A DNA stretch of 64,000 bases from an uncultured Chloroflexia bacterium (lineage in GTDB: Bacteria > Chloroflexota > Limnocylindria > Limnocylindrales > CSP1-4), in the NCBI GenBank assembly GCA_963828165.1, contig CAWHDR010000001.1, positions 2,816,001-2,880,000 on the forward strand, read 5' to 3'. Below the pieces are notes generated by a model. That model had not been told where the DNA came from and searched no databases. It saw nothing but the letters and a program-made list of their open reading frames with translations. This document shows, piece by piece, positions 48,537 through 58,612 of this stretch. Position 1 is the first letter of the stretch; the number at the start of each line of letters is the position of its first letter. Both the position numbers and the translations under genes were made by a program.

Positions 48537-48651
48537 CCGCGGAGCATATCGACACGACTTGACCCCCGCGCGGACGGGCACTTCAGTACGCGCGCCGCCA
48601 AGCGGCGATACTGGTACGTACACCGGATCTAGCGCTCAGGGGAGGCATGTC

Positions 48652-49101
48652 ATGGCCAATCTCGTCGTTCACTTCGAGATCCACGCGTCGGAGCCGCAAA
48701 AGGTCATCGACTTCTACTCGAACCTCCTCGGCTGGACCTTCCAGGACTACGGCGGCGGCGAGCAGCCGTACTGGGTCATCGATACCGGCGAGGGCGCGAT
48801 CGGCAACGCCGCCGGTCAACCCGGGCTCGGCATCAACGGCGGTCTGACCCAGCGCGGGGGTCCGCGTCCGGACGTCGGCGCCCCGGTCAACGGCTGCAAC
48901 ATCGTCATCGGCGTCGAGGACGTCGACGGGCTCATGCGCCGCGGCATCGAGCTCGGCGGGACCGAGGCGCTGCCGGCGACCGACTGGCCCGGCATCGGTC
49001 GCGGTGGCTACCTGCTCGATCCCGACGGCAACGTCTTCGGCCTCCTCTCGCCCGTCCTCTCCGACGGCACAGTCGCCATGGGAGCCGGCGCAGAGGCATA
49101 G
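48652..49101 (+). CDS. VOC family protein
   Basis: VVHFEI, FY..LLGW, GINGG, DPDGNVFGL; GGAGG RBS. Confidence 0.9.
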   Translation: MANLVVHFEIHASEPQKVIDFYSNLLGWTFQDYGGGEQPYWVIDTGEGAIGNAAGQPGLGINGGLTQRGGPRPDVGAPVNGCNIVIGVEDVDGLMRRGIELGGTEALPATDWPGIGRGGYLLDPDGNVFGLLSPVLSDGTVAMGAGAEA

Positions 49102-49121
49102 CCAGGTCAGGCGATCCGGGG

Positions 49122-49713
49122 CTACTGGCTCGCGGTTTGAGCGGGGCGATCTGCTGTACGACTTCGACCGGCCTCCATGCGCTCGAGGAGCGCCAGCGTC
49201 GTCTGCCAACTGCGGATGGTCATCGACTTGTAGGGGGGCGTCCCGACGATCTTGCCGAGCCGGCTTTTCGTCCGTTGCGGCGCTCAGCCGCTGCGAGTAG
49301 ATCACGCCCGGGCCCGGCCACACCTCGTCAACGCCCGGCCGCGGGTCGAAGACCTTCATCGCCGTTCGCGCGTCGATTCCCATCAGGAAGACAGCGTCGC
49401 TGTGGTACGTCCCCGGATGGTCACCGAAACCCTTCGGCCGCTTCCGGACGACGGCGCGTAGCTGAGCACGCGTCAGGACCAGCACCGCGATCAGCTCGCT
49501 GTCGAGCTTGAAGGCCCTGGGAAGCGCTTGCTCGAGCTCTCGCTTGATCGCGGCAGCGGTCCGATCGGAGCTCAGGATCACGTTGCCGCTGGCGATGTAG
49601 GTGGAGACCTCGGTGTGTCCGAGCGACTCCAGCAGCTCGCGCAGCGCCGCCATCGGCACCTTGTTCCGGCCGCCGACGTTGATGCCGCGCAGGAGGACGG
49701 CGTATCGGGTCAT
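49122..49713 (-). CDS. DUF1697 family protein (+1 frameshift near 49279)
   Basis: LLRGINVGG.NK.PM, TYIASGNV; C-terminal RTKSRL...YKSMTIRSW.TT lies in the shifted frame. Confidence 0.85.
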
Positions 49714-49845
49714 GTGGGCAGCCGTCTCACAGATGCGGCGCGACTCCCTCGCCGAGTTGCTGCATGACCACGACCTGGCGTCGTAGTGGAGCAGCGCCCG
49801 AAACCAGCGAGGTGCCAGTCGCGCCCCGCCGGCCGCAGCGGAACC

Positions 49846-50334
49846 TCAATCTTCACGCGTATACGTGCCGGCAACGCCACCGAGACGCTTCCGGATCCCG
49901 TGTAGTCCGCTGCGCATGACCGAGTGATGATTGAGCCGGAAGATGGCGTCGACGAAGGGCAGGGGAGCGAACAGGTTCATCCATCGCCGGGTGGTCCGGA
50001 TCGCCCAGACGTAGCGAACGACCGTCGTCGAGCCGTCCTCGTGCAGCGACCATTCGCCGACGCCCTGGAGCTCTCCGGTCGCGTCACCGACGATCGACGT
50101 GGGGACCTCCCGGCGCGCCACGCGCATGTCGAACTGCAACCGGTACGGCAGCTTCCCGACGAAGGTCATCCGATACAGGGCACCCGTGCCATCCGCATCG
50201 GCGTCCTCGAGTCGCTCCACGGCCTTGACCATCGGCCACCACTCCGGCCACGCCTCTGCCGCGTCGATCTCGGCGAAGACACGGTCGATGGGCGCCTCCA
50301 GGCGCCAGACCGTCACGAACCGATACGCCGACAT
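49846..50334 (-). CDS. SRPBCC/polyketide cyclase-like protein
   Basis: YRFVT.W...AP, WP.WW, LPY.L, G.L.G.G.W, NH..VM..G. Confidence 0.85.
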   Translation of the reverse strand: MSAYRFVTVWRLEAPIDRVFAEIDAAEAWPEWWPMVKAVERLEDADADGTGALYRMTFVGKLPYRLQFDMRVARREVPTSIVGDATGELQGVGEWSLHEDGSTTVVRYVWAIRTTRRWMNLFAPLPFVDAIFRLNHHSVMRSGLHGIRKRLGGVAGTYTRED

Positions 50335-50460
50335 CAGCTCTCCCTCTGATACGTAGGTCGGCATCGTATGACGGCGGGTGCCGTCACGCGGCGATCACCA
50401 GGCGCGGCCGGTCGGCCGATCCGGGCAATCGTTCAGATCGACCCGTATCCTTGCCCCGCA

Positions 50461-51295
50461 ATGAAGGATGTACTTGCACGTCACGCGGTACGGGTGAGTG
50501 GTGATCCCGACCGCTCAGCCGATGCTTTTCGCCCATGGTTTCGGCTGCGACCAGACGCTCTGGCGGTTCGTTGCCCCCGCGTTCGCCGACGGCTTCCGTG
50601 TCATCACCTTCGACTACGTCGGCGCTGGTGGGTCGGACCGGAAGTCATACGACCAGGAGCGATACGCCAGCCTGGACGGCTACGCCGAGGACGTGCTGGA
50701 GATCTGCCGGGCGCTGGACCTCGAAGACGTGGTGCTGGTAGGGCACTCGGTCAGCGCGATGATCGCCGTCCTCGCATCCATCGCGGAGCCCGCTCGGTTC
50801 AGCGATCTCATCCTCATCGCGCCGTCACCGCGGTACCTGGACGACCCACCCGCCTACCGGGGCGGATTCACCCGACCAGACATCGACGGACTCCTGCAGA
50901 TGCTCGACGCCAACGCGACGGGCTGGGCGGCCTTCCTGGCGCCGATCGTGATGGCGAATCCGGAGCGACCAGAGCTCACGGCAGATCTCGAGGCCACGTT
51001 CTGCTCCATCGACCCCGTCATGGCGCGGCAGTTCGCGGAGGTCACGTTCCTGGCGGACAATCGGGTCGACTTGCCCAACGTGACGACGCCGTCGTTGATC
51101 GTCCAGTGCGCTCACGACGCGGTCGCCCCGATGGAGGTCGGCGCGTACATGGAGCGCCACCTGCCTGGAAGCACGTTGTCCGTCATCGACGCCACCGGTC
51201 ACTGTCCCCACGTCAGCCATCCCGAGGCAACGATCGCGGCGATGCGGGACTACCTTGACGCACGACAAGGTCACCGCGGGCTCGCCCATCCGTGA
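50461..51295 (+). CDS. rsbQ: RsbQ-like (KAI2/D14 family) alpha/beta hydrolase (+1 frameshift near 50508)
   Basis: AHGFGCDQ, FDYVG.G, GHSVS, SPRYL, GGF, ATGHCPH; N-terminus MKDVLARHAV is in another frame. Confidence 0.85.
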
Positions 51296-52473
51296 ACCTC
51301 GGATCGGATGCACTGCCAGCTGGCGTGATCCACCTGTCCAGCGACTTGCGCATCCTCGCCGCGAACCGCGAAATGGGCGCGTTGACCGCTCGGAACACGG
51401 GCGAACTCATCGGGGAGCTACTCGACGTGCTGCTCTCCGCACCTTCGCGGATCCTCTTCCAGACCCACGTCTATCCCGCCCTGAAGGCCGACGGCCGCGT
51501 CGAGGAAGTGTTTCTCACCCTCGCATCGTCCACCGGTGATCACGTCCCGGTCCTGTTGAATGCCGTTCGTTCCTCGGGATCCGAGGAGCCCGCATATGTA
51601 GCCGTGCTGGTGCGGGTCCGCGCGAGGTCTCGGTGGGAGGCGGATCTCCTCGCTGCGACGCGAGCGCTCGAAGGCGAGCGGGCCGCCAGCCAGCGACTCG
51701 CCGAAGAACTGGCCGCGACGGCCGCGGATCTGCGCGTCCGACACGCCGAGGAGCAGCGGAACCGCGAGTTCCGCGATGCGTTCATCGGGGTCGTCAGCCA
51801 TGAGCTTCGTACGCCGATCACGACGATCTACGGGATGAGCCATCTCCTTCGCGAACGCCATGCGTCCATGACCCCCGAGGCCTTGGCCGACCAGCTCGGC
51901 GACATCGAAGCGGAGTCCGATCGGCTGCGCCGCCTGACGGAGGACCTGCTCGTCCTGAGCCGCGCCGAGGGTGGCCGGCTGGAGATGGCGGCGGAGCCGA
52001 TCGTCATGCGCAACGTCGTGCAGGCCGCCGTCGAGAGCGAACGCGCCCGATCCACGACGCACCATTTCACCGTGGACGCACCCGCCGGACTGCCGATCGT
52101 CCTGGGCGAGGATGTGTACGTCGGGCAGGTCGTCACGAACTTCCTCAGCAACGCCGTGAAGTACAGCCCACCTGGTACGACGATCCGTGTCGCCCTGTCG
52201 AGCGAGGCGGGAGGGATCGCCGTGCGCGTGACCGATGCGGGTCGGGGGCTCCCGCCCCAGTCGCCGGAACGGCTGTTCGACCTGTTTTACCGAGCGCCGG
52301 ATGTCGTCGGCCAGGCGCCCGGCGCCGGCATCGGGCTGTTCGTCTGTCGCGCGCTCATCCAGGCGATGGGCGGGCGCGTCTGGGCGGCGGCCGCCTCTCC
52401 GCCGGCCGAAAGCGGTGCCGAGTTCGGGTTCTGGCTTCCCGCGGCGGCGGAGGACGGTGCGGACGAAGATTGA
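51292..52473 (+). CDS. PAS-domain sensor histidine kinase (RsbP-type PAS)
   Basis: PAS with I.FQTH.YP.L...G.VEE and PVLLN; H-box SHELRTP, N.LSNA.KYS, DAGRG, GAGIGL; GTGA overlap with rsbQ. Confidence 0.9.
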   Translation: MNLGSDALPAGVIHLSSDLRILAANREMGALTARNTGELIGELLDVLLSAPSRILFQTHVYPALKADGRVEEVFLTLASSTGDHVPVLLNAVRSSGSEEPAYVAVLVRVRARSRWEADLLAATRALEGERAASQRLAEELAATAADLRVRHAEEQRNREFRDAFIGVVSHELRTPITTIYGMSHLLRERHASMTPEALADQLGDIEAESDRLRRLTEDLLVLSRAEGGRLEMAAEPIVMRNVVQAAVESERARSTTHHFTVDAPAGLPIVLGEDVYVGQVVTNFLSNAVKYSPPGTTIRVALSSEAGGIAVRVTDAGRGLPPQSPERLFDLFYRAPDVVGQAPGAGIGLFVCRALIQAMGGRVWAAAASPPAESGAEFGFWLPAAAEDGADED

Positions 52474-52687
52474 CCACGACCACGCGTTCGAGGACCACGT
52501 CGGCGAGTCTCGGCGCATCGATCTCCAGCAGACGTTCTACGAGCCGGCGCACGACGGGACGATGCGCCTCGAGCCCGACCGACCGGCGGCTCCGTTCTCC
52601 ACGAACGGCGTCGACGGCGCAGCCGCCGTCTCGGCCAGCGACCATACTGCGGTCCAACCCCGCCCCGAACATGCCCCGAGGGGAGCG

Positions 52688-54079
52688 ATGGCCGACACGC
52701 CTGCCTCACTTGCTCCACGCGACCTCGATCAGCTGCGCCGAGCGTGCGGCGAAGTCATCACGCCCGACCATGCGACGTACGACGACGCGCGCCGACTCTG
52801 GAACGCGATCCACGATCGTCGCCCCGCCGCCATCGTCCGGCCGACCTCAGCCACGAACGTCGCAGCGGCGGTCCACTTCGCTCGCGACCACGACCTCGAG
52901 ATCGTGGTCCGATCGGGTGGTCATAGCGCCGCTGGACTCAAGGGTGCCGACGGCTGTCTCGTCGTGGACCTCTCGGAGATGCGCGGGGTCGAGGTCGACC
53001 CTCGGGCGCGCATCGCCAGGGTGAACGGCGGCGCACTCCTCGGCGAGCTCGACATCGCCGCCCAGGCCCATGGTCTCGTCTGCCCCACGGGCGTGGTGGG
53101 CCACACCGGCGTGGCCGGGCTCACCCTCGGGGGTGGAGTCGGCCGCCTCCAGCGGCACTTCGGCCTCACGATCGACAACGTGGCTGCCGTCGAGATCGTC
53201 ACCGCCGACGGCCGGCTCGTCCGCGCGAGCGAGACGGACGAGCCCGAGCTCTTCTGGGGTCTGCGTGGCGCCGGTTGGAACTTCGGGATCGCGACCGCCT
53301 TCGAGTTCCGGCTCCAGCCGTTCGGACCCGACCTTCACCGGGGTGTACTCGCGTTCCCAGCGACCCACGTCCAGGACGTGTGGGCCGTCTTCCACGACTA
53401 CGCGCTCGGTGCGCCGGATACGGTGTCGATGATCTTCGGGATCGATCGGGCGGGGCCGGACGCCGGCTACCCGGACGATCTGGTGGCCAAGCCGATCACC
53501 TACCTGGCCTGGAACCACAGCGGGTCGGCCGACGACGTCGACCGTGACACGGCAGGGCTTCGCGTGGGCCCGGCACCGGTCACCACCACGCTCGGGAGCG
53601 CGCCGTACCTGGAAGTCCAGACGGCGCACGACCTCGCGTTTGCGTGGGGCAGCCGGTCGTTCATCCGGAGCCACAACGCCCAGGACGTCCGTCACGAGGC
53701 CCTCGACGAGCTGGTGGAGCTCGTCGCGACGGCGCCGGGGGAGGGGACGTTCTCGGTAACCGCCCTGGGCGGAGCGATCGGCCGCGTCCCCGAGGACGCG
53801 ACCGCCTATGCCGGTCGAGGGTCCGTCTTCGACCTCAGCGCGGACTCGAGCTGGACCGACCCGGCGCTCGACGAGGCCAACGCCGAGTGGTGCCGGCGGG
53901 CCATGGAGGTGGTCGAACCGGACCGAGCGCTCGGCGCCTACGCGAATGGCAACTCTGATGTCGGCCCAGACGAGTCGCGCAGGATCTACGGCGACGCGAA
54001 GCTCGCACGCCTTGCCGCGCTCAAGCGCGAGTGGGACCCCGACAACGCGTTCCACGTGAACACCAACGTGGCTCCGTAA
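52688..54079 (+). CDS. FAD-binding oxidoreductase (VAO/BBE family)
   Basis: RSGGHS, GVAGLTLGGG, LFWGLRGAG.NFG, KR.WDP.N.F. Confidence 0.92.
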   Translation: MADTPASLAPRDLDQLRRACGEVITPDHATYDDARRLWNAIHDRRPAAIVRPTSATNVAAAVHFARDHDLEIVVRSGGHSAAGLKGADGCLVVDLSEMRGVEVDPRARIARVNGGALLGELDIAAQAHGLVCPTGVVGHTGVAGLTLGGGVGRLQRHFGLTIDNVAAVEIVTADGRLVRASETDEPELFWGLRGAGWNFGIATAFEFRLQPFGPDLHRGVLAFPATHVQDVWAVFHDYALGAPDTVSMIFGIDRAGPDAGYPDDLVAKPITYLAWNHSGSADDVDRDTAGLRVGPAPVTTTLGSAPYLEVQTAHDLAFAWGSRSFIRSHNAQDVRHEALDELVELVATAPGEGTFSVTALGGAIGRVPEDATAYAGRGSVFDLSADSSWTDPALDEANAEWCRRAMEVVEPDRALGAYANGNSDVGPDESRRIYGDAKLARLAALKREWDPDNAFHVNTNVAP

Positions 54080-54216
54080 GACCGCCGATACCGGCTCCGC
54101 TCGCCCGATCGCTGCCTTGATGCCCGCGATCGGAGCGACGACGACGACCAGGTCCGGGGCATGATCCGCCCGGGACGCCATCCCTGAACATCGCGCGATG
54201 GCGGTACCATCAAGTC

Positions 54217-55335
54217 GTGACCCAACGACTCCAGACGACCCTGTTTCCGCCTGCCCGACGACCTGCCGAATCCCCGGCATCGCGCCTCCTTGACGTCTCG
54301 ACGATCTACCTCGAGCCCGGGGTACTGGAGCATGCGCGCGGCGTGGAGATCCTCGAGCGGTACCCGACGGCGAAGCGGATCGAGGTCGCATCCCACTGGC
54401 GCATCCCCGGCCTCTTCGGCAACGACGGCAACGTCGAGCGCTGGAACGAGATCAAGCGCACCGTCCTCGTCCTCGGCGTCAAGAAGAGCCTCCGGATCGA
54501 GCCGAACGGACGCAGCACGGATTTCCTGGCGCCGTCCACCGCGAATGGCTGCGCGATGGCGTGCGCCTACTGTTACGTCCCTCGGAACAAGGGCTACGCC
54601 AATCCGATCAGTCTCTTCGTAAACATCGAGGAGATCGTCACCTCGATCCGTCGGCATGCCGGCAAGCAGGGGGTAAAGCCGGAGCCGAACCAGGTCGACC
54701 GGGATCTGTGGGCGTACGACATCGGGGTCAACAGCGACTGTTCCGTGGACGCAGACCTCTCGGACAACGTCCGCGACCTCGTCGACCTCTTCAAGACGCT
54801 GCCGAACGCCAAGGGGTCGTTCGCCACGAAATACGTCAATCCGGCACTGCTCGATTACGACCCTCAGCGAAAGACCCGGATCCGGTTCAGCCTCATGCCC
54901 GAGGGTGTCGGCCGCTTGCTGGACGTGCGAACGAGCCCTATGCCCGAACGGATCGCGGCCATGGCGTCGTTCCACGATGCCGGCTGGGAAGTCCAGATCA
55001 ACTTCAGCCCCGTCATCATCACGGACGACTGGCTGGACCGCTACGACGAGCTGTTTCGCGAGATCGACGACACCGTCCCCGAACGGGTCAAGCGCGAGCT
55101 CGCGTGTGAGGTGATCTTCCTCACCCACAACGAGCGCCTCCACGAGGTCAACCTCGGCTGGCATCCGACCGCCGAGGACTACCTCTGGACACCCACGAAC
55201 CAGGAGGCCAAGGTTTCGCAGGGTGGCGGTCACAACGTCCGGTACCGCACCGGCTACAAGGGCCGGATGGTTCGCTCGTTCCTCGAGCTGCTCGAGCGAC
55301 GCATGCCGTACTGCCGGGTCCGGTACGCCTTCTAG
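54217..55335 (+). CDS. Spore photoproduct lyase family radical SAM protein
   Basis: CAMACAYC (CX3CX2C), YDIG.NSD, FATK, RIRFSL, NFSP, FLTH; TACCAT box 6 nt upstream. Confidence 0.88.
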   Translation: MTQRLQTTLFPPARRPAESPASRLLDVSTIYLEPGVLEHARGVEILERYPTAKRIEVASHWRIPGLFGNDGNVERWNEIKRTVLVLGVKKSLRIEPNGRSTDFLAPSTANGCAMACAYCYVPRNKGYANPISLFVNIEEIVTSIRRHAGKQGVKPEPNQVDRDLWAYDIGVNSDCSVDADLSDNVRDLVDLFKTLPNAKGSFATKYVNPALLDYDPQRKTRIRFSLMPEGVGRLLDVRTSPMPERIAAMASFHDAGWEVQINFSPVIITDDWLDRYDELFREIDDTVPERVKRELACEVIFLTHNERLHEVNLGWHPTAEDYLWTPTNQEAKVSQGGGHNVRYRTGYKGRMVRSFLELLERRMPYCRVRYAF

Positions 55336-55485
55336 CGCCAGGCCCGGTCCCGGACGCGACCGTAGAAGTGTACGCGGGCTGCGGCTCTGTCGGCCACCTG
55401 TAAGGTGCCGCACGCGACTGCATGGGTTTAGACCGGGGCGCAGGATCGATGCTTGCCTCCCATCCCCAGCGAAAGGAATCGACCC

Positions 55486-55740
55486 ATGCTCCGTGTCCTC
55501 CGATCCATCGGCATCACACCCGACATGTTCTATCTCGCATCACTAGGTTCGATGTTGCTCTCGGTCATGCTGTGGTTCGTTCCGCGCGGCGGCGACGACG
55601 CGGACAAGGGACGGCCTGAGCGTCTTGCGATCTTCGTGGGCCTCTGGCCTCCGACGCTCTTCCTGATGGGGCACGCCCTGCGGGCCGAGGCACCCACGCC
55701 GGAAGGTCCGGCGGCGCTCGACTCGGGCATGTCCATCTGA
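55486..55740 (+). CDS. Small membrane protein
   Basis: AAAGGAA RBS; two hydrophobic segments, IFVGLWPPT motif. Confidence 0.7.
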   Translation: MLRVLRSIGITPDMFYLASLGSMLLSVMLWFVPRGGDDADKGRPERLAIFVGLWPPTLFLMGHALRAEAPTPEGPAALDSGMSI

Positions 55741-58469
55741 CGACAGCCGGGCACGTCCGGAACCGTCGGCTCCTGACCGGGCCTCGCCTGCCTGACACCG
55801 AGCGCTCTGTTCGCCTGCTTCGGACCCGGGTCCTGCACGGGCCGAACCGTTGGTCTCGACTGCCGGTCGTCCACCTGCGGGTCGACCTCGGAGCCCTGGA
55901 GCACCTGCCCACCAACCTGCTGGCCGGCTTCGGCGAACGGCTCATGGCGACCCTGCCGGGGCTGGGCCGCCACACCTGTTCGACCGGCCGGCCCGGCGGG
56001 TTCGCGGACCGGCTGGTGGAGGGCACGTGGATGGGCCACGTCGTAGAGCATGTCGCCCTGGAACTGCAGCGCGCAGCGGGTGGCAGCTCGACCCGCGGAA
56101 AGACCCGAGCAGCTGGCCCCGGCGGCGTCTACGACGTCATCTTCGGCTTCGAGGACGAGACGGTCGGACGAGCGGCCGGTGCGGCCGCGGTGGACCTGAC
56201 CAACGACCTGATCGATGCCCACGGCCCGGCCCCCGACGCCGCTGACCGCATGGTCGAATCGCTCAGGACATTGGCCGAACGCGCGCGATTGGGCCCGTCC
56301 ACCCAGGCGATCGTCGATGTTGCCCATCGCCGGCACATCCCCTGGACCCGGCTCAACGAGCGCAACCTGGTCCAGCTCGGCTGGGGCGTCCGTACGCGCC
56401 GGATCCGGGCCACCGTGACGTCCGAGACGAGCCTGATCGGGGCCGAGATGGCGCGCGACAAGGACGAGGCTGCCGCAACCCTGGAGCGAGCGGGCCTGCC
56501 GGTCCCCGGCTGGCGGCTCGCGACCTCCGTCGCGGACGCGCTCGCCCACGCTCGAGCCCTGGGCTATCCCGTCGTGATCAAGCCCGTGGACGGTCATCAC
56601 GGACGAGGCGTGACGCTGGGCATCAGCGACGACGATGGCGCCGCTGCGGCGTTCGGTCGGGCGGTCGCCTCGAGCCGGCGCCGGCAGGCCATCGTCCAGC
56701 GCCAGGTCTCCGGTCGCGATCATCGCCTGCTCGTCATCGGCGGGCGGCTCGCGGCCTGCGCCGAGCGGGTGCCCGCGGGCGTCGTCGGCGACGGCACATC
56801 CACGATCGCGGCGCTCGTCGATCGCGAGAACGCGGACCCGCGACGCGGCGAGGGCCACGCCCTGGAACTGACCAGGATCCGGATCGACACGGCGGCCCAG
56901 GCGGTGCTCGCCGCGCAGGGGTTGACCCAGGACGACGTGCCGGCCGCGGGGCGGCTCGTCGAACTCGCGAGCGGCGCCAACCTGTCGACCGGCGGCACGA
57001 GCATCGACCGCACCGACGAGGTGCATCCGAGCGTCGCGTCGATGGCCGAGCTGGCGGCGCGCGTCGTCGGGCTGGATGTGGCCGGGATCGACCTGGTCAC
57101 GACCGACATCGGCCGACCGTTGGCCGACACGGGTGGGGCGATCATCGAACTCAACGCAGGGCCCGGGTTCCGGATGCACACCCGACCGACCGTCGGGCGC
57201 GGCCGCAATGTCGGCGGGGCCGTCCTCGACCACCTCTTCGGACCAGGCGCTGACGGGCGGATCCCGATCGCCGCGGTGACCGGCTCGAACGGGAAGACCA
57301 CGACCGTCCGGCTCCTGGCGCACATTCTCGAGACGTCGGGCCTGGCAACCGGGATGACGACGACGGAGAGCATCGTCGCGGCAGGGCTGGTGCTGAAGAC
57401 CGGCGACATGGCGGGTCCGGCGTCAGCCCGTCTCCTGCTCGGCACGCCGACGATCGAGGCAGCGGTGCTCGAGGTCGCCCGCGGCGGCATCCTGCGCGAC
57501 GGCCTCGGGTACGACTACAACGACGTCGCCGTGGTCACGAACGTGACCGGCGACCATCTCGGCCTGGACGGGATCTCCACGCTCAAGCAGCTGGCCGACG
57601 TGAAGGCCGTGATCGTGGACGCGGTCCCGAGGACCGGGACTGCCGTCCTCAACGCCGACGATCCGCTCGTCCGGGCGATGGCGGCCCGCAGTCGTGGCGC
57701 CGTGGCACTGTTCACGACGGAGCGGGAGGGTGGACCAGGCCACCGCGCGGTTGCCCGACACCTCGCCGGCGGCGGGCTCGCCGGTCTCATCGAGGCGGAA
57801 GGAGGCACCGAGCACGCGGTGGTCCGACGGGGGACCGAGACGCTCTTCAGAATCGCCCTGGCCGACATCCCGATCACCTGGGGCGGGGCAGCCCGGATGC
57901 ACGTGGCCAACGCACTGGCCGCCGCCTGCGCCGCCGTCTGCCTGGGGGTCGCACCTGCCGACATCACACGAGGGCTGCGAACATTCGCGTCGTCGCCGGG
58001 TCGCGTCGAGCGCCACGTGGTCGATGGCCGCGAGATCGTCCTGGACTACGGCCACAACATCGCCGCCCTGCGATCGATCGGCGACCTCGTCGAGCGCATC
58101 GCGAACGGGCGACGGGTCATCGGCGTGGTGAGCATGCCGGGCGACCGGCGCGACGAGGACCGGGTGGCGTTCGGGGCGATGGCAGGAACGCTGTTCGACC
58201 GGCTGTACGTCGCCGAGCCGGCGATCCGCGGCCGGCCGGAAGGCGAGGCGGCCGGCCTCCTCATCGACGCCGCGGCCCAGGATCGGGATGGCCGGCCCGC
58301 ACGCTGCGGGCGACCCGTGTTCATCGCCGATGAGGCGGCGGCTGCGCAGGCCGCGTTCGGAGGCTCCGATCCCGGCGACCTGCTCGTCTTCTGTGTCGCG
58401 AACGGGCCCCGGGCGATGGCGGCGCTGCGCGGGCCAGGCGAGTCCTTCGGGCCCGCGGGTCGCGGTTAG
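55737..58469 (+). CDS. cphA: Cyanophycin synthetase CphA1 (true start upstream of ATG 55944, codon unclear)
   Basis: GPNRWS, CS.GRPGGF..RL.EGTW.GHV.EH, LGPST, ATP-grasp KP.DG.HGRGV, ANLSTGG, NAGPG.RMH, Mur-ligase GSNGKTT, DYGHN. Confidence 0.92.
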   Translation: MTTAGHVRNRRLLTGPRLPDTERSVRLLRTRVLHGPNRWSRLPVVHLRVDLGALEHLPTNLLAGFGERLMATLPGLGRHTCSTGRPGGFADRLVEGTWMGHVVEHVALELQRAAGGSSTRGKTRAAGPGGVYDVIFGFEDETVGRAAGAAAVDLTNDLIDAHGPAPDAADRMVESLRTLAERARLGPSTQAIVDVAHRRHIPWTRLNERNLVQLGWGVRTRRIRATVTSETSLIGAEMARDKDEAAATLERAGLPVPGWRLATSVADALAHARALGYPVVIKPVDGHHGRGVTLGISDDDGAAAAFGRAVASSRRRQAIVQRQVSGRDHRLLVIGGRLAACAERVPAGVVGDGTSTIAALVDRENADPRRGEGHALELTRIRIDTAAQAVLAAQGLTQDDVPAAGRLVELASGANLSTGGTSIDRTDEVHPSVASMAELAARVVGLDVAGIDLVTTDIGRPLADTGGAIIELNAGPGFRMHTRPTVGRGRNVGGAVLDHLFGPGADGRIPIAAVTGSNGKTTTVRLLAHILETSGLATGMTTTESIVAAGLVLKTGDMAGPASARLLLGTPTIEAAVLEVARGGILRDGLGYDYNDVAVVTNVTGDHLGLDGISTLKQLADVKAVIVDAVPRTGTAVLNADDPLVRAMAARSRGAVALFTTEREGGPGHRAVARHLAGGGLAGLIEAEGGTEHAVVRRGTETLFRIALADIPITWGGAARMHVANALAAACAAVCLGVAPADITRGLRTFASSPGRVERHVVDGREIVLDYGHNIAALRSIGDLVERIANGRRVIGVVSMPGDRRDEDRVAFGAMAGTLFDRLYVAEPAIRGRPEGEAAGLLIDAAAQDRDGRPARCGRPVFIADEAAAAQAAFGGSDPGDLLVFCVANGPRAMAALRGPGESFGPAGRG

Positions 58470-58612
58470 CGGCAGCCAGCGGGCGTCCGTCGCGATGCGC
58501 TTGCCGTCTGACAGCCGGCTGTAACCACACCGGACCGAACGGCATCCGTCGGCACCGGCCGCCCGATGGATGCTCTTCGCGTCCGATACGACGCCGCCAG
58601 AAAGGGCAAGCG

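Noticed and set aside
16430-50512. Frameshifts in the cyclase (~16436), uvrA-like gene (~24003, ~24258), DUF1697 (~49279) and rsbQ (~50508) as pseudogenes or programmed frameshifts
   Set aside because: All are single +1 insertions, mostly duplicating a neighbouring base, in otherwise intact genes with no slippery-site pattern. Long-read consensus error is the simplest explanation; read inspection is needed.
55336-55485. Possible riboswitch upstream of the small membrane protein and cphA
   Set aside because: Only a short hairpin (cacct-gta-aggtg); I could not match any riboswitch consensus; an Rfam scan would settle it
58542-58573. Hairpin upstream of the FMN reductase as a regulatory RNA
   Set aside because: Single imperfect GC-rich stem with no further support; such stems are common at this GC content
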